From the NCBI GenBank assembly GCA_938084645.1, contig CALKEP010000030.1, positions 1-34,015 of the forward strand: a DNA stretch of 34,015 nt, read 5' to 3'. Under the pieces are notes generated by a model. It was not told where the DNA came from. It searched no databases and was given only the letters and a program-made list of their open reading frames with translations. The DNA is from an uncultured Phycisphaerales bacterium. Its GTDB lineage: Bacteria > Planctomycetota > Phycisphaerae > Phycisphaerales > SM1A02. Positions within the stretch are counted from its first letter, which is position 1. Each line of letters opens with the position of its first letter. This document shows, piece by piece, positions 1 through 9,126 of this stretch. The position numbers were made by a program, and so were the translations under genes.

Positions 1-296
1 TGATCCTGCTGCTGCTGATCCTGCTGCTGCTGATCCTGCTGCTGCTGATCCTGCTGCTGCTGATCCTGCTGCTGCTGATCCTGCTGCTGCTGATCCTGCT
101 GCTGCTGATCCTGCTGCTGCTGGTCCTGCTGCTGCTGATCCTGCTGCTGCTGATCCTGCTGCTGCTGATCCTGCTGCTGCTGATCCTGCTGCTGCTGATC
201 CTGCTGCTGCTGGTCCTGCTGCTGCTGGTCCTGCTGCTGCTGGTCCTGCTGCTGCTGATCCTGCTGTTGCTGATCCTGCTGCTGTTGTTGCTGCTG
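1..296. repeat. Coding tandem repeat, 15-bp unit TGATCCTGCTGCTGC, about 19 copies, encoding (QQQQD)n on the minus strand
   Basis: Directly visible. Variants are synonymous only (GAT/GAC, CAG/CAA). Continues past the window start. Confidence 0.98.
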
Positions 297-902
297 AACC
301 TCCTGAAGACGTCGAATCAGTCGAGAAGCCAGCTCCGCGTTGATTCTCGCATCTCGATTCTCCTGATCGGCATCGAGCGCGTCCTTGAAATGCTCGAGCG
401 AACGCTTGACCCGTTCGATCGTCTCCTGCATCGCCTTCGGATCCGCCGCCTCCGTGTCCTGGCCCATCGCTTCGAGTGCCGCGGCGTATCGGGCCGTTCC
501 TTCGTTGTACATTGATCGCGCCGCGAGATCGGCATCGCCCAAACGGGCCGCGCGTTCGAACGCATCGGCCGCGGCCTGCGGATCCCCCTCGCGATACCGG
601 GCCACGCCGAGGTTGTGGATCGCGGCGGCGGAAGTGGGGTCGAGGCGTTCGACCTCGGACCAGGCGGCGGCGGCATTCGCCCAGTCCTCCGAGGCCATCG
701 ATGCGCGGGCCCGTGCGATCGCGGCTCGGATCTCGGTGGCGGAGCCGGAGGAGGCAACCTTCGTCTTCTCGGATGCGATTCGATCCGTCTGGGGGCTCGC
801 GGTCTCGGGCGTGGTGGCCATCGACGTCGAGAGCACGGTCGAGAGGCCGATCGCGGTCAGCAGGATCGTGATTCGGGGGTGTGGTCGGCGGGGCGGCATC
901 AT
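1..902 (-). CDS. TPR-repeat BatC-like secreted protein with C-terminal (QQQQD)n tract; 3' end is outside the window
   Basis: Missing from the ORF track because it has no stop in the window. ATG at 902 overlaps the batB stop (ATGA). Manual translation gives MMPPRRPHPRITILLTAIGLST (signal-like), TPR-like HNLGVARYREGD...AADAF and MYNEGTARY...DARINAELA, then poly-QD. Sits at the BatC position in the operon. Confidence 0.85.
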   Translation of the reverse strand, partial: MMPPRRPHPRITILLTAIGLSTVLSTSMATTPETASPQTDRIASEKTKVASSGSATEIRAAIARARASMASEDWANAAAAWSEVERLDPTSAAAIHNLGVARYREGDPQAAADAFERAARLGDADLAARSMYNEGTARYAAALEAMGQDTEAADPKAMQETIERVKRSLEHFKDALDADQENRDARINAELASRLIRRLQEVQQQQQQQDQQQQDQQQQDQQQQDQQQQDQQQQDQQQQDQQQQDQQQQDQQQQDQQQQDQQQQDQQQQDQQQQDQQQQDQQQQDQQQQDQQQQDQQQQD

Positions 903-1954
903 GAGGCCATTCTCCCAGATGCGACGGGACGTGTCGGTTTCGCGGGACGTCGCCGGCGTTCCCCGACGAGCATCTCCAGGAGCATCAGTGCCAAGGCGAC
1001 GCCGGCGAACCACTGGAATCGTGGGATCGTCCGACGGGCGGTTCCTTCGTCGCGATCCCGAAGGTCGATGGTGGTGATCCACTCCGCGAAGAACTCACCC
1101 AGATCGACCAGGCTGGTTCCCGCGGGAACGAACACGCCGCCGCCGGCCGCCGCCACCGATTCGAGCAGGGACGGGTCCATCTTCGACCAGACCTCCTGAT
1201 TCTCGTACTGGAGCCAGCCGGTCTGTCCGTCCCGCGACACCGGAATCCGGGCGCCGTCCTCGGTATCTCCGATGCCCACGGTGTAGATGCGGACGCCATG
1301 GTCCCGACGAGCGGCCTCGGCGGCCTCCACCGGAAAACTCCCCATGTCCTCTCCGTCGGTCAGGATCACGATCGCCTTTCCACCAGGCTCGTCGTTGCCG
1401 AACGCGTCGGCCGCGACGCGGATCGCATCGCCGAGCATCGAACCACCACGGGCGGCGCTGCGGGGTGTGAGTTCGTCGAGGGCGTCCTCGAACGCATCGT
1501 AGTTGAGGGTGAGTGGGCTCTTCACGGTCGCGGTGCCCGCGAAATCGACGAGTCCGACTCGATCCCCGGTCATCGCCCCGACCGCCTCCTCGATGAGCGA
1601 GCGGCTTCGGTCGAGCCGGCTCGGGGTCGCATCCCCGGCAAGCATGCTTCGTGAGACGTCGACGGCGAAGATCACGTCCATGCCGCCGCCGCGGTCGACT
1701 TCGACATACCGAACACCCCATCTCGGATCCGCGATCGCGAAGACCAGCGCCAGCAACGCGAACGTGGCGAGGCCGGCCCGGATCGCGGGCCGAAACAGAC
1801 TGACGTGGGGGGCGAGCCGGAGCAGCATCGGATGCGACGCGAATCGCTCGAGCGCTCGACGGCGGGCGAGCAGTCCGAACAGCGCGACGATCGCCAGCAC
1901 CGCGACGAACGCGAGCAGCTTGAAGGCACCGGGATCCTGGAAGTCGAAGTCCAT
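899..1954 (-). CDS. batB: VWA domain protein, BatB-like
   Basis: N-terminal TM helices, MIDAS DVSRSM, DATPSRL, GDRVGLV, LTDGED, C-terminal TM; follows batA. Confidence 0.85.
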   Translation of the reverse strand: MDFDFQDPGAFKLLAFVAVLAIVALFGLLARRRALERFASHPMLLRLAPHVSLFRPAIRAGLATFALLALVFAIADPRWGVRYVEVDRGGGMDVIFAVDVSRSMLAGDATPSRLDRSRSLIEEAVGAMTGDRVGLVDFAGTATVKSPLTLNYDAFEDALDELTPRSAARGGSMLGDAIRVAADAFGNDEPGGKAIVILTDGEDMGSFPVEAAEAARRDHGVRIYTVGIGDTEDGARIPVSRDGQTGWLQYENQEVWSKMDPSLLESVAAAGGGVFVPAGTSLVDLGEFFAEWITTIDLRDRDEGTARRTIPRFQWFAGVALALMLLEMLVGERRRRPAKPTRPVASGRMAS

Positions 1955-1974
1955 GCGTGATTCGAACAGGTGGT

Positions 1975-3093
1975 TCAGGGAAGCGTGCGAAAACGGGTGT
2001 GGACGAGGAACTGCTCGCCGGCGAGAAGCACGAAGGCGAGCATCAGAAGCGGGGGGATCGTGAGCGTGCCGAGTCGGAGTGGCTCGACCGCGAGATCCCG
2101 GTAGGAGCGGTAGCGCCGTTGTTCGGTGGTGGTCTTTTCGAGGGCGTCGATCGCCGCGTAGATCTCTCGAAGACTGTCGGTGTCGGTGGCCCGGAAGTAA
2201 CGACCTCCCGTCGCATCGGCGACCTCGGTCAGGGTCTTCTCGTCGATCGAGACGCGCTGTCGGGTCGTGATCTGTCGGCCGAAGGGGTCCTTCATCGGGA
2301 TCTTCGCCACGCCGTTCGAGCCGACGCCGATCGCGTAGATGCGGACGTCGAAGGCGTTGGCGATCTCCGCCGCCACCAGGGGATCGATGTCCCCGGCATT
2401 GTTCTCGCCGTCGGTGAGCAGCACGATCACCCGGCTCTTGATCCGGCGGCCCGCGTCGTCGTCGCGTTCGTCGAGTTCACGAAGTCGTTCGACCGCCAGC
2501 GCGATCGCGTCGCCGATGGCGGTCCCGTCCTCGCTGCGTTCGGTCGCGATCCGGACGTCGTCCAGGGCGTCCGTGACGTAGACGTGATCGAGGGTCAGCG
2601 GGCTGACGCTGTCCGCGAAGCCGGCGAAGGTGATCAATCCGACGAGGTCGTCCGGCCGCCCGGTCAGTTCATCATCCCCGCGAATGAAGTCGGTCAGCAC
2701 CTTCTTGACCGCGGTGAGTCGATCGACGGTCCCGCCGCCGAGTCGGAAGTCCCGGGCTCGCATGCTCCCCGAGCGGTCGATCACCGACTGGATCGCCACG
2801 CCCTCGACGAAGACCCGGCTGCGTTCGTTCGCCTTGATCGGCCGGGCCATGCAGACGATGAGGAGGGCGATACCGACGGTCCGGAGCGTCGGCGGAAGCC
2901 ATCGCAGTCGTCGAACCCAGCCCCCGCCGATTCCCGCGAACGTCTCGGTCGAGGCATGGACGATGCTCGCCCGCCGCCTCCAGCGTGGAAGCCAGGCGAG
3001 GAGGCACAGTGGAAGCAGCAGAAGCCACCATGCGGATTCGGGATGGAACCCGAGTCGCGAGAGATCGTCGAGGACATCGCGGAGGCTGGTCAT
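1975..3093 (-). CDS. batA: VWA domain protein, BatA-like
   Basis: Start moved to ATG 3093 (MTSLRD, ATGA overlap with upstream stop). Motifs DRSGSM, DGTAIGDAI, VLLTDGENNAG, TGGRYFRA. Confidence 0.88.
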   Translation of the reverse strand: MTSLRDVLDDLSRLGFHPESAWWLLLLPLCLLAWLPRWRRRASIVHASTETFAGIGGGWVRRLRWLPPTLRTVGIALLIVCMARPIKANERSRVFVEGVAIQSVIDRSGSMRARDFRLGGGTVDRLTAVKKVLTDFIRGDDELTGRPDDLVGLITFAGFADSVSPLTLDHVYVTDALDDVRIATERSEDGTAIGDAIALAVERLRELDERDDDAGRRIKSRVIVLLTDGENNAGDIDPLVAAEIANAFDVRIYAIGVGSNGVAKIPMKDPFGRQITTRQRVSIDEKTLTEVADATGGRYFRATDTDSLREIYAAIDALEKTTTEQRRYRSYRDLAVEPLRLGTLTIPPLLMLAFVLLAGEQFLVHTRFRTLP

Positions 3094-4271
3094 TCGCGGG
3101 CCTCCATGCGTTCGAGCCCGTCCACGGCACGGTCCAGGGATCGCCTGCGGTCGCGATCGCCGATGTCGATCGCGACCGGTCCGTCGTCGATACCGGTCGT
3201 CTCCGATGGGGGCGCCGGCTTCGGACCGATCTCCATGACGAGATCGCGGACCTGAACGAGGGCGTCTTCGCAGACGTTCCGGGTGGGGCGATCGCCCGCG
3301 AACTTCACGAGGTCGGCGGTGCGAAGGATGTCGCCGAGCCGGATCATGCGATCCCGATGCGCCGGTTCCATCTCGGGGGCGGTGCGGGCGGCTTCGATGA
3401 ATTCCGGTGTGGTTCGATCGGGCGCGGCGATGCCGAATCTTCGTTCGACGTACTCCCGCGCGATGTCCGAAAGTCGGGTGAAGAAGGGATCGACGCGGGC
3501 GTTTCGGAGCAGGTCGTCCGACGCGAGCCGCTCGAGCTTCGCCAGTGCCCACGCGTCCGCGGGCTCGGGGGGCGGCACCGGCCGCGGTCGACGTCGCCAC
3601 CACCAGAGCAGCGCCAGCATCGCGAGGAACCCCGCGGCACCGGCTGCGATCGTCCACCAGACCCATGTCGGGAACGGACTCGGGACCTCGACCGCCGCGG
3701 TGATGTCCTGATGGGCTTCCACGTCGGTATCGAGGCCCGCGACCGAGCCGACCAGCAGGGTGCGCGCGGGGGTGCGGATGCGCGCATCGCCGAGGCCGAT
3801 CGGTATCGAAGGCAGCACCTGCGGGCCCGGGTCGAAGGTGCGAAGCGACAGTCGCGGTGGTGACGACCCCCCGCCCGTCTCGAGGTCTGTCTGGAGGCGG
3901 GCGAGGCGCGGCGTCTCGATCACCTCGAAACTTCCGAACTCGGTCCCCGGTGCGGGAAGCTCCAGCGCGGCGAGGCCGCCTTCCTCTTCAGATCCGGGAA
4001 GCAGGAACTCGATCAGGATCGGCGCTCCGGTTTCGATCGGATCGGTTCGGAGGACGGCGGTGAGCGATACGTCGTCGATCTGGAGCGACCAGGGCTCGCC
4101 GGCTTCGAGTATCGGGGCGTCCGTCGGGGGCTCGTCCGATTCGAATGGCGTCGGCGCCTGCCCCGCCGAAAGGACGGCTGACGACCCCGCGAGCGCCAGA
4201 AGGCAGGCGAGGCGCGTGGTCGTCCGTCGAGGATCTCGAAGCGCGGGGCGCGCCGTCCGAGTCGGGTTCAT
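3090..4271 (-). CDS. Membrane-anchored MoxR-operon protein (DUF4381/BatD-like)
   Basis: Signal-like N-terminus, TM WVWWTIAAG...LLWWW, then AWALAKL...LSDIAREYVERRFGI.APDRTT.EF helical domain; coupled to neighbours by 4-bp overlaps. Confidence 0.7.
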   Translation of the reverse strand: MNPTRTARPALRDPRRTTTRLACLLALAGSSAVLSAGQAPTPFESDEPPTDAPILEAGEPWSLQIDDVSLTAVLRTDPIETGAPILIEFLLPGSEEEGGLAALELPAPGTEFGSFEVIETPRLARLQTDLETGGGSSPPRLSLRTFDPGPQVLPSIPIGLGDARIRTPARTLLVGSVAGLDTDVEAHQDITAAVEVPSPFPTWVWWTIAAGAAGFLAMLALLWWWRRRPRPVPPPEPADAWALAKLERLASDDLLRNARVDPFFTRLSDIAREYVERRFGIAAPDRTTPEFIEAARTAPEMEPAHRDRMIRLGDILRTADLVKFAGDRPTRNVCEDALVQVRDLVMEIGPKPAPPSETTGIDDGPVAIDIGDRDRRRSLDRAVDGLERMEARE

Positions 4272-5200
4272 CGGGAACGCCTCCGTTCCCGACGGTGGAA
4301 GTAGGCGGTGAGGGGCTCGATGAAGTCCTCGCCGGTGTCGATCTCGATCGGATCGATCTTCATGCGGCGAAGGACCTCTCGTCGGCGCTCGTCCCGGGCC
4401 GCCGCCGCCTCCATGAATCGTCTTCGGACCCGTCGAGGCGCGGTGTCGATGAGTCGTCGCACCCCGGTCTCGGCGTCCGTGAACTCGACGAGCCCCATGC
4501 GGGGAAGTTCCCGTTCCCGTCGATCCTGCACGACCATCGGGACGATGTCGTGTCGTTGCCGCGCGGCGCGAAGCGGGCGTTCCCAGTCGGCATCGACGAA
4601 ATCGCTGGCCACGAACACCACGGAGCGCTGTCGAAGGACCCGATCGAGTTCCCGGATCGCGGGACCGATCGCGGTGCCGCGGCCCTCCGGTCGAAGGGCC
4701 AGCAGTTCCCGGACGATCCGCATCACGTGCTTCGTCCCCTTGCGGGGCGGCACGTACTTTTCGACCCGGTCGGTGAACGCGAGAAGTCCGACCTTGTCGT
4801 TGTTGAAACTCGCACTGAACGCGAGCGTCGCGACGAGCTCTGCGACGACGTCCCGCTTGAACTGCGTGGTCGTGCCGAAGGACAGGGAGCCGGAGACGTC
4901 GACCGCGAGCATGACGGTCAGTTCCCGCTCCTCGCGGAAGAGCTTGATGTGGGGTTCGCCGAGGCGGGCGCTCACGTTCCAGTCGATCGATCGGACGTCG
5001 TCCCCGATCTGATAGGGGCGGACCTCCTCGAACTCCATGCCCCGGCCCTTGAACGCGGAGTGGTACTGGCCGGCGAGGGCCGCGCTCACCACGTGCCGGG
5101 TTCGCAGCCTGATCCGTCGGACCCGACGGAGGAGATCCCGCGCGTCTTCCGAGGACGACGGATCGTCGGAGGTCGGACTGTTGGCGTGGTCTTGCTTCAC
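4268..5200 (-). CDS. DUF58 family protein
   Basis: GxYHSAFKGRGMEFEEVRPYQxGDDVRSIDWNVSAR signature; directly downstream of moxR. Confidence 0.93.
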   Translation of the reverse strand: MKQDHANSPTSDDPSSSEDARDLLRRVRRIRLRTRHVVSAALAGQYHSAFKGRGMEFEEVRPYQIGDDVRSIDWNVSARLGEPHIKLFREERELTVMLAVDVSGSLSFGTTTQFKRDVVAELVATLAFSASFNNDKVGLLAFTDRVEKYVPPRKGTKHVMRIVRELLALRPEGRGTAIGPAIRELDRVLRQRSVVFVASDFVDADWERPLRAARQRHDIVPMVVQDRRERELPRMGLVEFTDAETGVRRLIDTAPRRVRRRFMEAAAARDERRREVLRRMKIDPIEIDTGEDFIEPLTAYFHRRERRRSR

Positions 5201-6216
5201 GGGACTGGGACGTGATCGAGCATTTCGGAGATCAGGTCGTCGGCGGTCCGTTCCTCCGCCTCCGCCTCGTATGAGAGACCGAGTCGGTGACGGAGGACGT
5301 CGGGCGCCGCGTCCTTCACATCCTGGGGCACCACGTAGCCACGGCCCGCGAGGAACGCCCGGGCCTTCGCGACGAGGACGAGGGCGATCGTGGCGCGAGG
5401 GGACGCGCCGAAATCGAGGAGTTCGGTGAATCGAAGCCCCGCGGCGCCGGGGTCCCGGGTCGCGACGACCAGATCGACGACGTAGTCGCGGATTCGATCG
5501 TCCACGTGGATTCGGTCGACCAGCTCGCGGGCGTGCGCGATGTCGGCGGGCTCGATCACCGCTTCGATCTCGAGGTCGGTGGTGGTCTTCGCCATTCGAT
5601 CGAGAATTCGACGTTCCTCCGCGCGATCCGGATAGCGGACGACGAGCTTCATGAGGAAGCGATCGACCTGCGCTTCCGGGAGCGGATAGGTGCCTTCCTG
5701 CTCGATCGGATTCTGGGTCGCGAGGACCATGAACGGCTCCGGAAGCCGATGCGTCTCGTCACCGATGGTGACCTGTCGCTCCTGCATCGCTTCGAGCAGC
5801 GCGGACTGGACCTTCGCCGGTGCCCGGTTGATCTCGTCCGCGAGGACGAGGTTCGAGAAGATGGGGCCGGTCTTCACCACGAAGTCACCCTCGGACGGTC
5901 GATAGACCAGTGTGCCCACGAGGTCCGCGGGCAACAGGTCGGGCGTGAACTGGATTCTCTTGAAACCGGTTCGGATGCCACGGGCCAGGCTGGCGATCGC
6001 GGTGGTCTTCGCGAGGCCGGGCACGCCTTCGATGAGGAGATGCCCGTTGGCGAGCAGGCCCACGATCAACCCGTCGAGCAGCTCCTGCTGCCCGACGACG
6101 ACGCGATGCATCTGCTCCTGAAGTTGCTGGAATGGACGGCAGGCGGCGGCGACTTCGGCTTCGAGTCGGGCGGTGTCGTCCCGGGTCGGCGGCGACGTGA
6201 GATCTGATTCGGACAT
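5197..6216 (-). CDS. moxR: MoxR family AAA+ ATPase
   Basis: Walker A GVPGLAKT, RIQFTPDLLPAD, DEINRA, ATQNPIEQEGTYPLPEAQ.DRF. Confidence 0.96.
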   Translation of the reverse strand: MSESDLTSPPTRDDTARLEAEVAAACRPFQQLQEQMHRVVVGQQELLDGLIVGLLANGHLLIEGVPGLAKTTAIASLARGIRTGFKRIQFTPDLLPADLVGTLVYRPSEGDFVVKTGPIFSNLVLADEINRAPAKVQSALLEAMQERQVTIGDETHRLPEPFMVLATQNPIEQEGTYPLPEAQVDRFLMKLVVRYPDRAEERRILDRMAKTTTDLEIEAVIEPADIAHARELVDRIHVDDRIRDYVVDLVVATRDPGAAGLRFTELLDFGASPRATIALVLVAKARAFLAGRGYVVPQDVKDAAPDVLRHRLGLSYEAEAEERTADDLISEMLDHVPVP

Positions 6217-6438
6217 GGTGGATCGGCTCGGGAGTGTGGAGGAGGAACGAATGAATCGGATTCTCGGACCGCCCGGAAGGTTGCATGATCGCCGAAAATC
6301 CTACCCCGTGACGTCCATCCGGTTGCGGTCGAAGATGCCGCCACGCGGTTACGATCGGTGCCGACGTGAGTTCGCCGATGGAGGTCGCTCGACCGGATTT
6401 TCGGCGATTCCGAAGTACTCGGATCGAGGAGGTCGTCC

Positions 6439-7308
6439 ATGCAGATCGGTTGGATCGGATGCGGTGTCATGGGGACTTCGATGGCGGGTCACCTGCTTGA
6501 AGCGGGACATGGGCTTCGCGTCCACACCCGGACTCGCGCGAAGGCGGCGGAACTGATCGAACGGGGCGCGAGCTGGGCCGGTTCGCCCCGCGAAGCCGCC
6601 GAGGCCGCCGACATCGCGATCTCCATCGTCGGTTTTCCGGATGACGTCGAGGCGGTGCATCTCGGCGAGTCCGGGACGCTTGCCGCGGATCGACCTCCGC
6701 CGATCCTCGTCGACATGACGACCAGCGAGCCGGATCTGGCGGTTCGCCTCCATGCCGCCGCGGCGTCCGCGGGGACGAGTTTTCTCGACGCTCCAGTCTC
6801 GGGCGGCGACATCGGGGCGCGTCGTGGAACGCTCTCGATCATGGTCGGGGGGGATGATTCGGCGGTGGGGACCGTCCGGCCGATCTTCGATGTCCTCGGG
6901 GCCACGGTGGTGCATCAAGGGGGCCCCGGGGCCGGCCAGCGAACCAAGATCGTCAACCAGATCCTCGTGGCGGCGTCGATGATGGGGGCGGCCGAGGCGG
7001 TGCTCTTCGCGACCCGGGCGGGCCTCGATCCACGACGCGTGCTCGACTCGGTCGCGAGCGGTGCGGCGGGAAGCTGGACGCTGTCGAACCTGGTGCCTCG
7101 AATGCTCGATGGCGACTTCGAGCCCGGTTTCTTCATCGATCACTTCGTGAAGGACCTCGGAATCGCCGTTCGGGAAGCGCGTGGGCTGGGGCTGGATCTG
7201 CCCGGTCTGGCTCTCGCCGAGCGGTTCTATCAAGACGCCCAGGCGGACGGGCTGGGTGCGAAGGGGACACAGGCCCTGCTCCTCGTGATGGAAGCCCGTC
7301 AGGGCTGA
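6439..7308 (+). CDS. NAD(P)-dependent beta-hydroxyacid dehydrogenase (3-hydroxyisobutyrate/tartronate semialdehyde reductase family)
   Basis: IGWIGCGVMG Rossmann motif, LDAPVSGG, KIVNQ, HFVKDL; SD GAGGAGG upstream. Confidence 0.93.
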   Translation: MQIGWIGCGVMGTSMAGHLLEAGHGLRVHTRTRAKAAELIERGASWAGSPREAAEAADIAISIVGFPDDVEAVHLGESGTLAADRPPPILVDMTTSEPDLAVRLHAAAASAGTSFLDAPVSGGDIGARRGTLSIMVGGDDSAVGTVRPIFDVLGATVVHQGGPGAGQRTKIVNQILVAASMMGAAEAVLFATRAGLDPRRVLDSVASGAAGSWTLSNLVPRMLDGDFEPGFFIDHFVKDLGIAVREARGLGLDLPGLALAERFYQDAQADGLGAKGTQALLLVMEARQG

Positions 7309-7435
7309 CCGGGTGGGATGGGCCTCCTTGGCCCCGGGAGCCCCGGTTGGGTTCGTCAAAGGGCGGATGGACCTTGATTCGAGGCGGGAAATCCCAGACC
7401 CGGGGCGTCGAGGCGCTGGAATCCTGCGTCGGGGC

Positions 7436-7444
7436 TGGTACACT
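7436..7444 (+). promoter_or_regulatory. Extended -10 element (TGgTACACT) for the 104-aa gene
   Basis: TGnTAnnnT about 65 bp upstream of ATG 7510. Confidence 0.55.
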
Positions 7445-7509
7445 TCTCGATCCGAGTTTCGGCCACGAGGTGGCCGGCTTCCAGACGACAGCTTGCCGGA
7501 CCGAATTCC

Positions 7510-7824
7510 ATGGACCTCGCCCCGTCCTCGACCGTCACCTTCACGATCACCACGCTCCCCAAGAACGAGCGCGGCCGCAAGACGCTCAATCGGCTCATGA
7601 AGATGCAGCCCGAGGTTCAGAAGGGTCTCTCCATGCTGGCCCGTCGGCGTCGGCAGAAGGACAACATCCCGACCAAGCGGGCCGGTCGAATCTGGATCAA
7701 CCGGAAGAAGCCCACCGCGCTCACCCGCGTCGAGATCGGCGAGTCCTTCACGCTCCGCGTGACGGCGCAGATCATCCCCGACATCAAGAGCGTCGCCGCC
7801 TACCTCGAGATGAAGGCCGCCTGA
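7510..7824 (+). CDS. Small basic hypothetical protein (104 aa)
   Basis: Strong coding-like codon bias (all Lys as AAG), 22 K+R versus 8 D+E, flanked by a promoter and a terminator. Confidence 0.85.
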   Translation: MDLAPSSTVTFTITTLPKNERGRKTLNRLMKMQPEVQKGLSMLARRRRQKDNIPTKRAGRIWINRKKPTALTRVEIGESFTLRVTAQIIPDIKSVAAYLEMKAA

Positions 7825-7886
7825 CCGCGGACGCATCGAGGCTCGGTCGGCGAGCCGTGAGTCGAACATTCAGACGACCACAGACG

Positions 7887-7920
7887 ATCCGGCGGACGCT
7901 TCGCGTGCCGCCGGATTTCA
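7887..7920 (+). terminator. Hairpin terminator between convergent genes
   Basis: ATCCGGCGG-ACGC-TTC-GCGT-G-CCGCCGGAT followed by TTCA. Confidence 0.55.
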
Positions 7921-7986
7921 TGACGCGATCGATCTTCGGATCGACGAGGCCTGGTGCGTGCGCGATGCGTCCTTGCGTCGCCTTCG

Positions 7987-9126
7987 TCACTCGACCCGGG
8001 TGGTCATCAGCAGGCTGAGTGGCGGCTGCGATCCCGTCGCGGGAAGGACGATCACCACGCCCGCGGCCGGGAGCCGGAATTCGATGTCCGTCTCGATGGT
8101 GCGATCGTCCACGGCGCCGGAATCCGTCGCCGAGAACGTCCCGCGCACTCCACAGCGGAGGACGTGGCCGGCGGGATCCCAACGGGGTTCGAGTTCGAGG
8201 GTGATCGCGAGGTCTTCGTCCGCCGCGGAGAGGCTGGTCGGGCGACCGGGGACGAGGTCCGCGAGGGCTTCGAACCGGGAGATGGCACCGGGGGCCCGGC
8301 GAATCGCCGCGATCGCGGTGGGCGACTCGGGCGGATGGGCGAGGCGGATCCGTTCGACCGCCGCGATCGGCATTCCAACGATCGAGATCGAGCACTCGAC
8401 CCGATCCGGTCGCTGGATCCGGAGTGTCTCGAGCAGGCGGGCGACCTCGAGCTGGATGAATGCGGGGGCGACGATCAGGAGGGCGCCCGGACGGATGCGG
8501 ATGCGTCCGATGGAGCCACCGACCTCGTCCCAGTCGTCTCGGGCGACCACGTCACGAATCAGATCCGCCAGTTCGGTGGTGTCCGCGAACCGAGCGGGCA
8601 TGTCGGCGTCGGCGGCGAGCAGCGGCGCCGACCCGATCAGGTCGGCGACCGGATGAAGTACCGGGCCGCCGGTCCCCTCGGTGGTGGACCGTGTGGTGAC
8701 GCGGAGGCCATCCGGGGTGCCGTCGATGATCGGTCGTTCGTAACCCCCGCGGATCGCGGCGAGGACCTGTTCGAGGACGATCATGATCGATCCGGGCCGG
8801 GCATCGATGTCCACGGTCTCGTTTCGGCGGATCCCGATCGTCTCCAGTGCGCCCCAGTCGGCATCGATCCGAAGTTCGCCGAGTTGCCCGAGCACCAGCA
8901 GCGCGTCGTCGAGCCGGAAGGTCCGGGCGGGAAGCGACACGCGCGTTCGCTCCGCTTCCTGAAGACGCTCGAGGGCCCTGACGACCGGCGCAGGCGTGAC
9001 GCGTGGAGCGGGCGTCGGCGTGGAATCGGGGGCCGGGGGCTCGGGCGACGACGCGCCGGAGGCCGATGGGCCGGGGAGGGCGCCCACCAGCAGGGCGGTC
9101 AGGAGGCTCGCGATCGAACGCTTCAT
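7987..9126 (-). CDS. Secreted protein with secretin N-terminal (STN/N-domain)-like module, no secretin barrel recognised
   Basis: Signal peptide MKRSIASLLTALLVG, Pro-rich linker, DWxALExIGI.R...V, HPVADL, LADLIRDVVA.DDW.EVGG.IG.I, EVARLLETLR; ATGA overlap with the HD-GYP stop. Confidence 0.6.
   Translation of the reverse strand: MKRSIASLLTALLVGALPGPSASGASSPEPPAPDSTPTPAPRVTPAPVVRALERLQEAERTRVSLPARTFRLDDALLVLGQLGELRIDADWGALETIGIRRNETVDIDARPGSIMIVLEQVLAAIRGGYERPIIDGTPDGLRVTTRSTTEGTGGPVLHPVADLIGSAPLLAADADMPARFADTTELADLIRDVVARDDWDEVGGSIGRIRIRPGALLIVAPAFIQLEVARLLETLRIQRPDRVECSISIVGMPIAAVERIRLAHPPESPTAIAAIRRAPGAISRFEALADLVPGRPTSLSAADEDLAITLELEPRWDPAGHVLRCGVRGTFSATDSGAVDDRTIETDIEFRLPAAGVVIVLPATGSQPPLSLLMTTRVE

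Noticed and set aside
1..296. Repeat array as a CRISPR, or as the plus-strand poly-Leu ORF 267-515
   Set aside because: There are no spacers; the unit is 15 bp, head-to-tail and in frame with the minus-strand TPR gene. The Leu-rich ORF is its antisense shadow.
3094..3666. N-terminal extensions given by the ORF track (batA, sucC, ssb, pth, rplY, HAD, ALDH, 9967-11013)
   Set aside because: The extensions overlap neighbouring genes or terminators; family-typical starts with SD or stop/start overlaps lie downstream.
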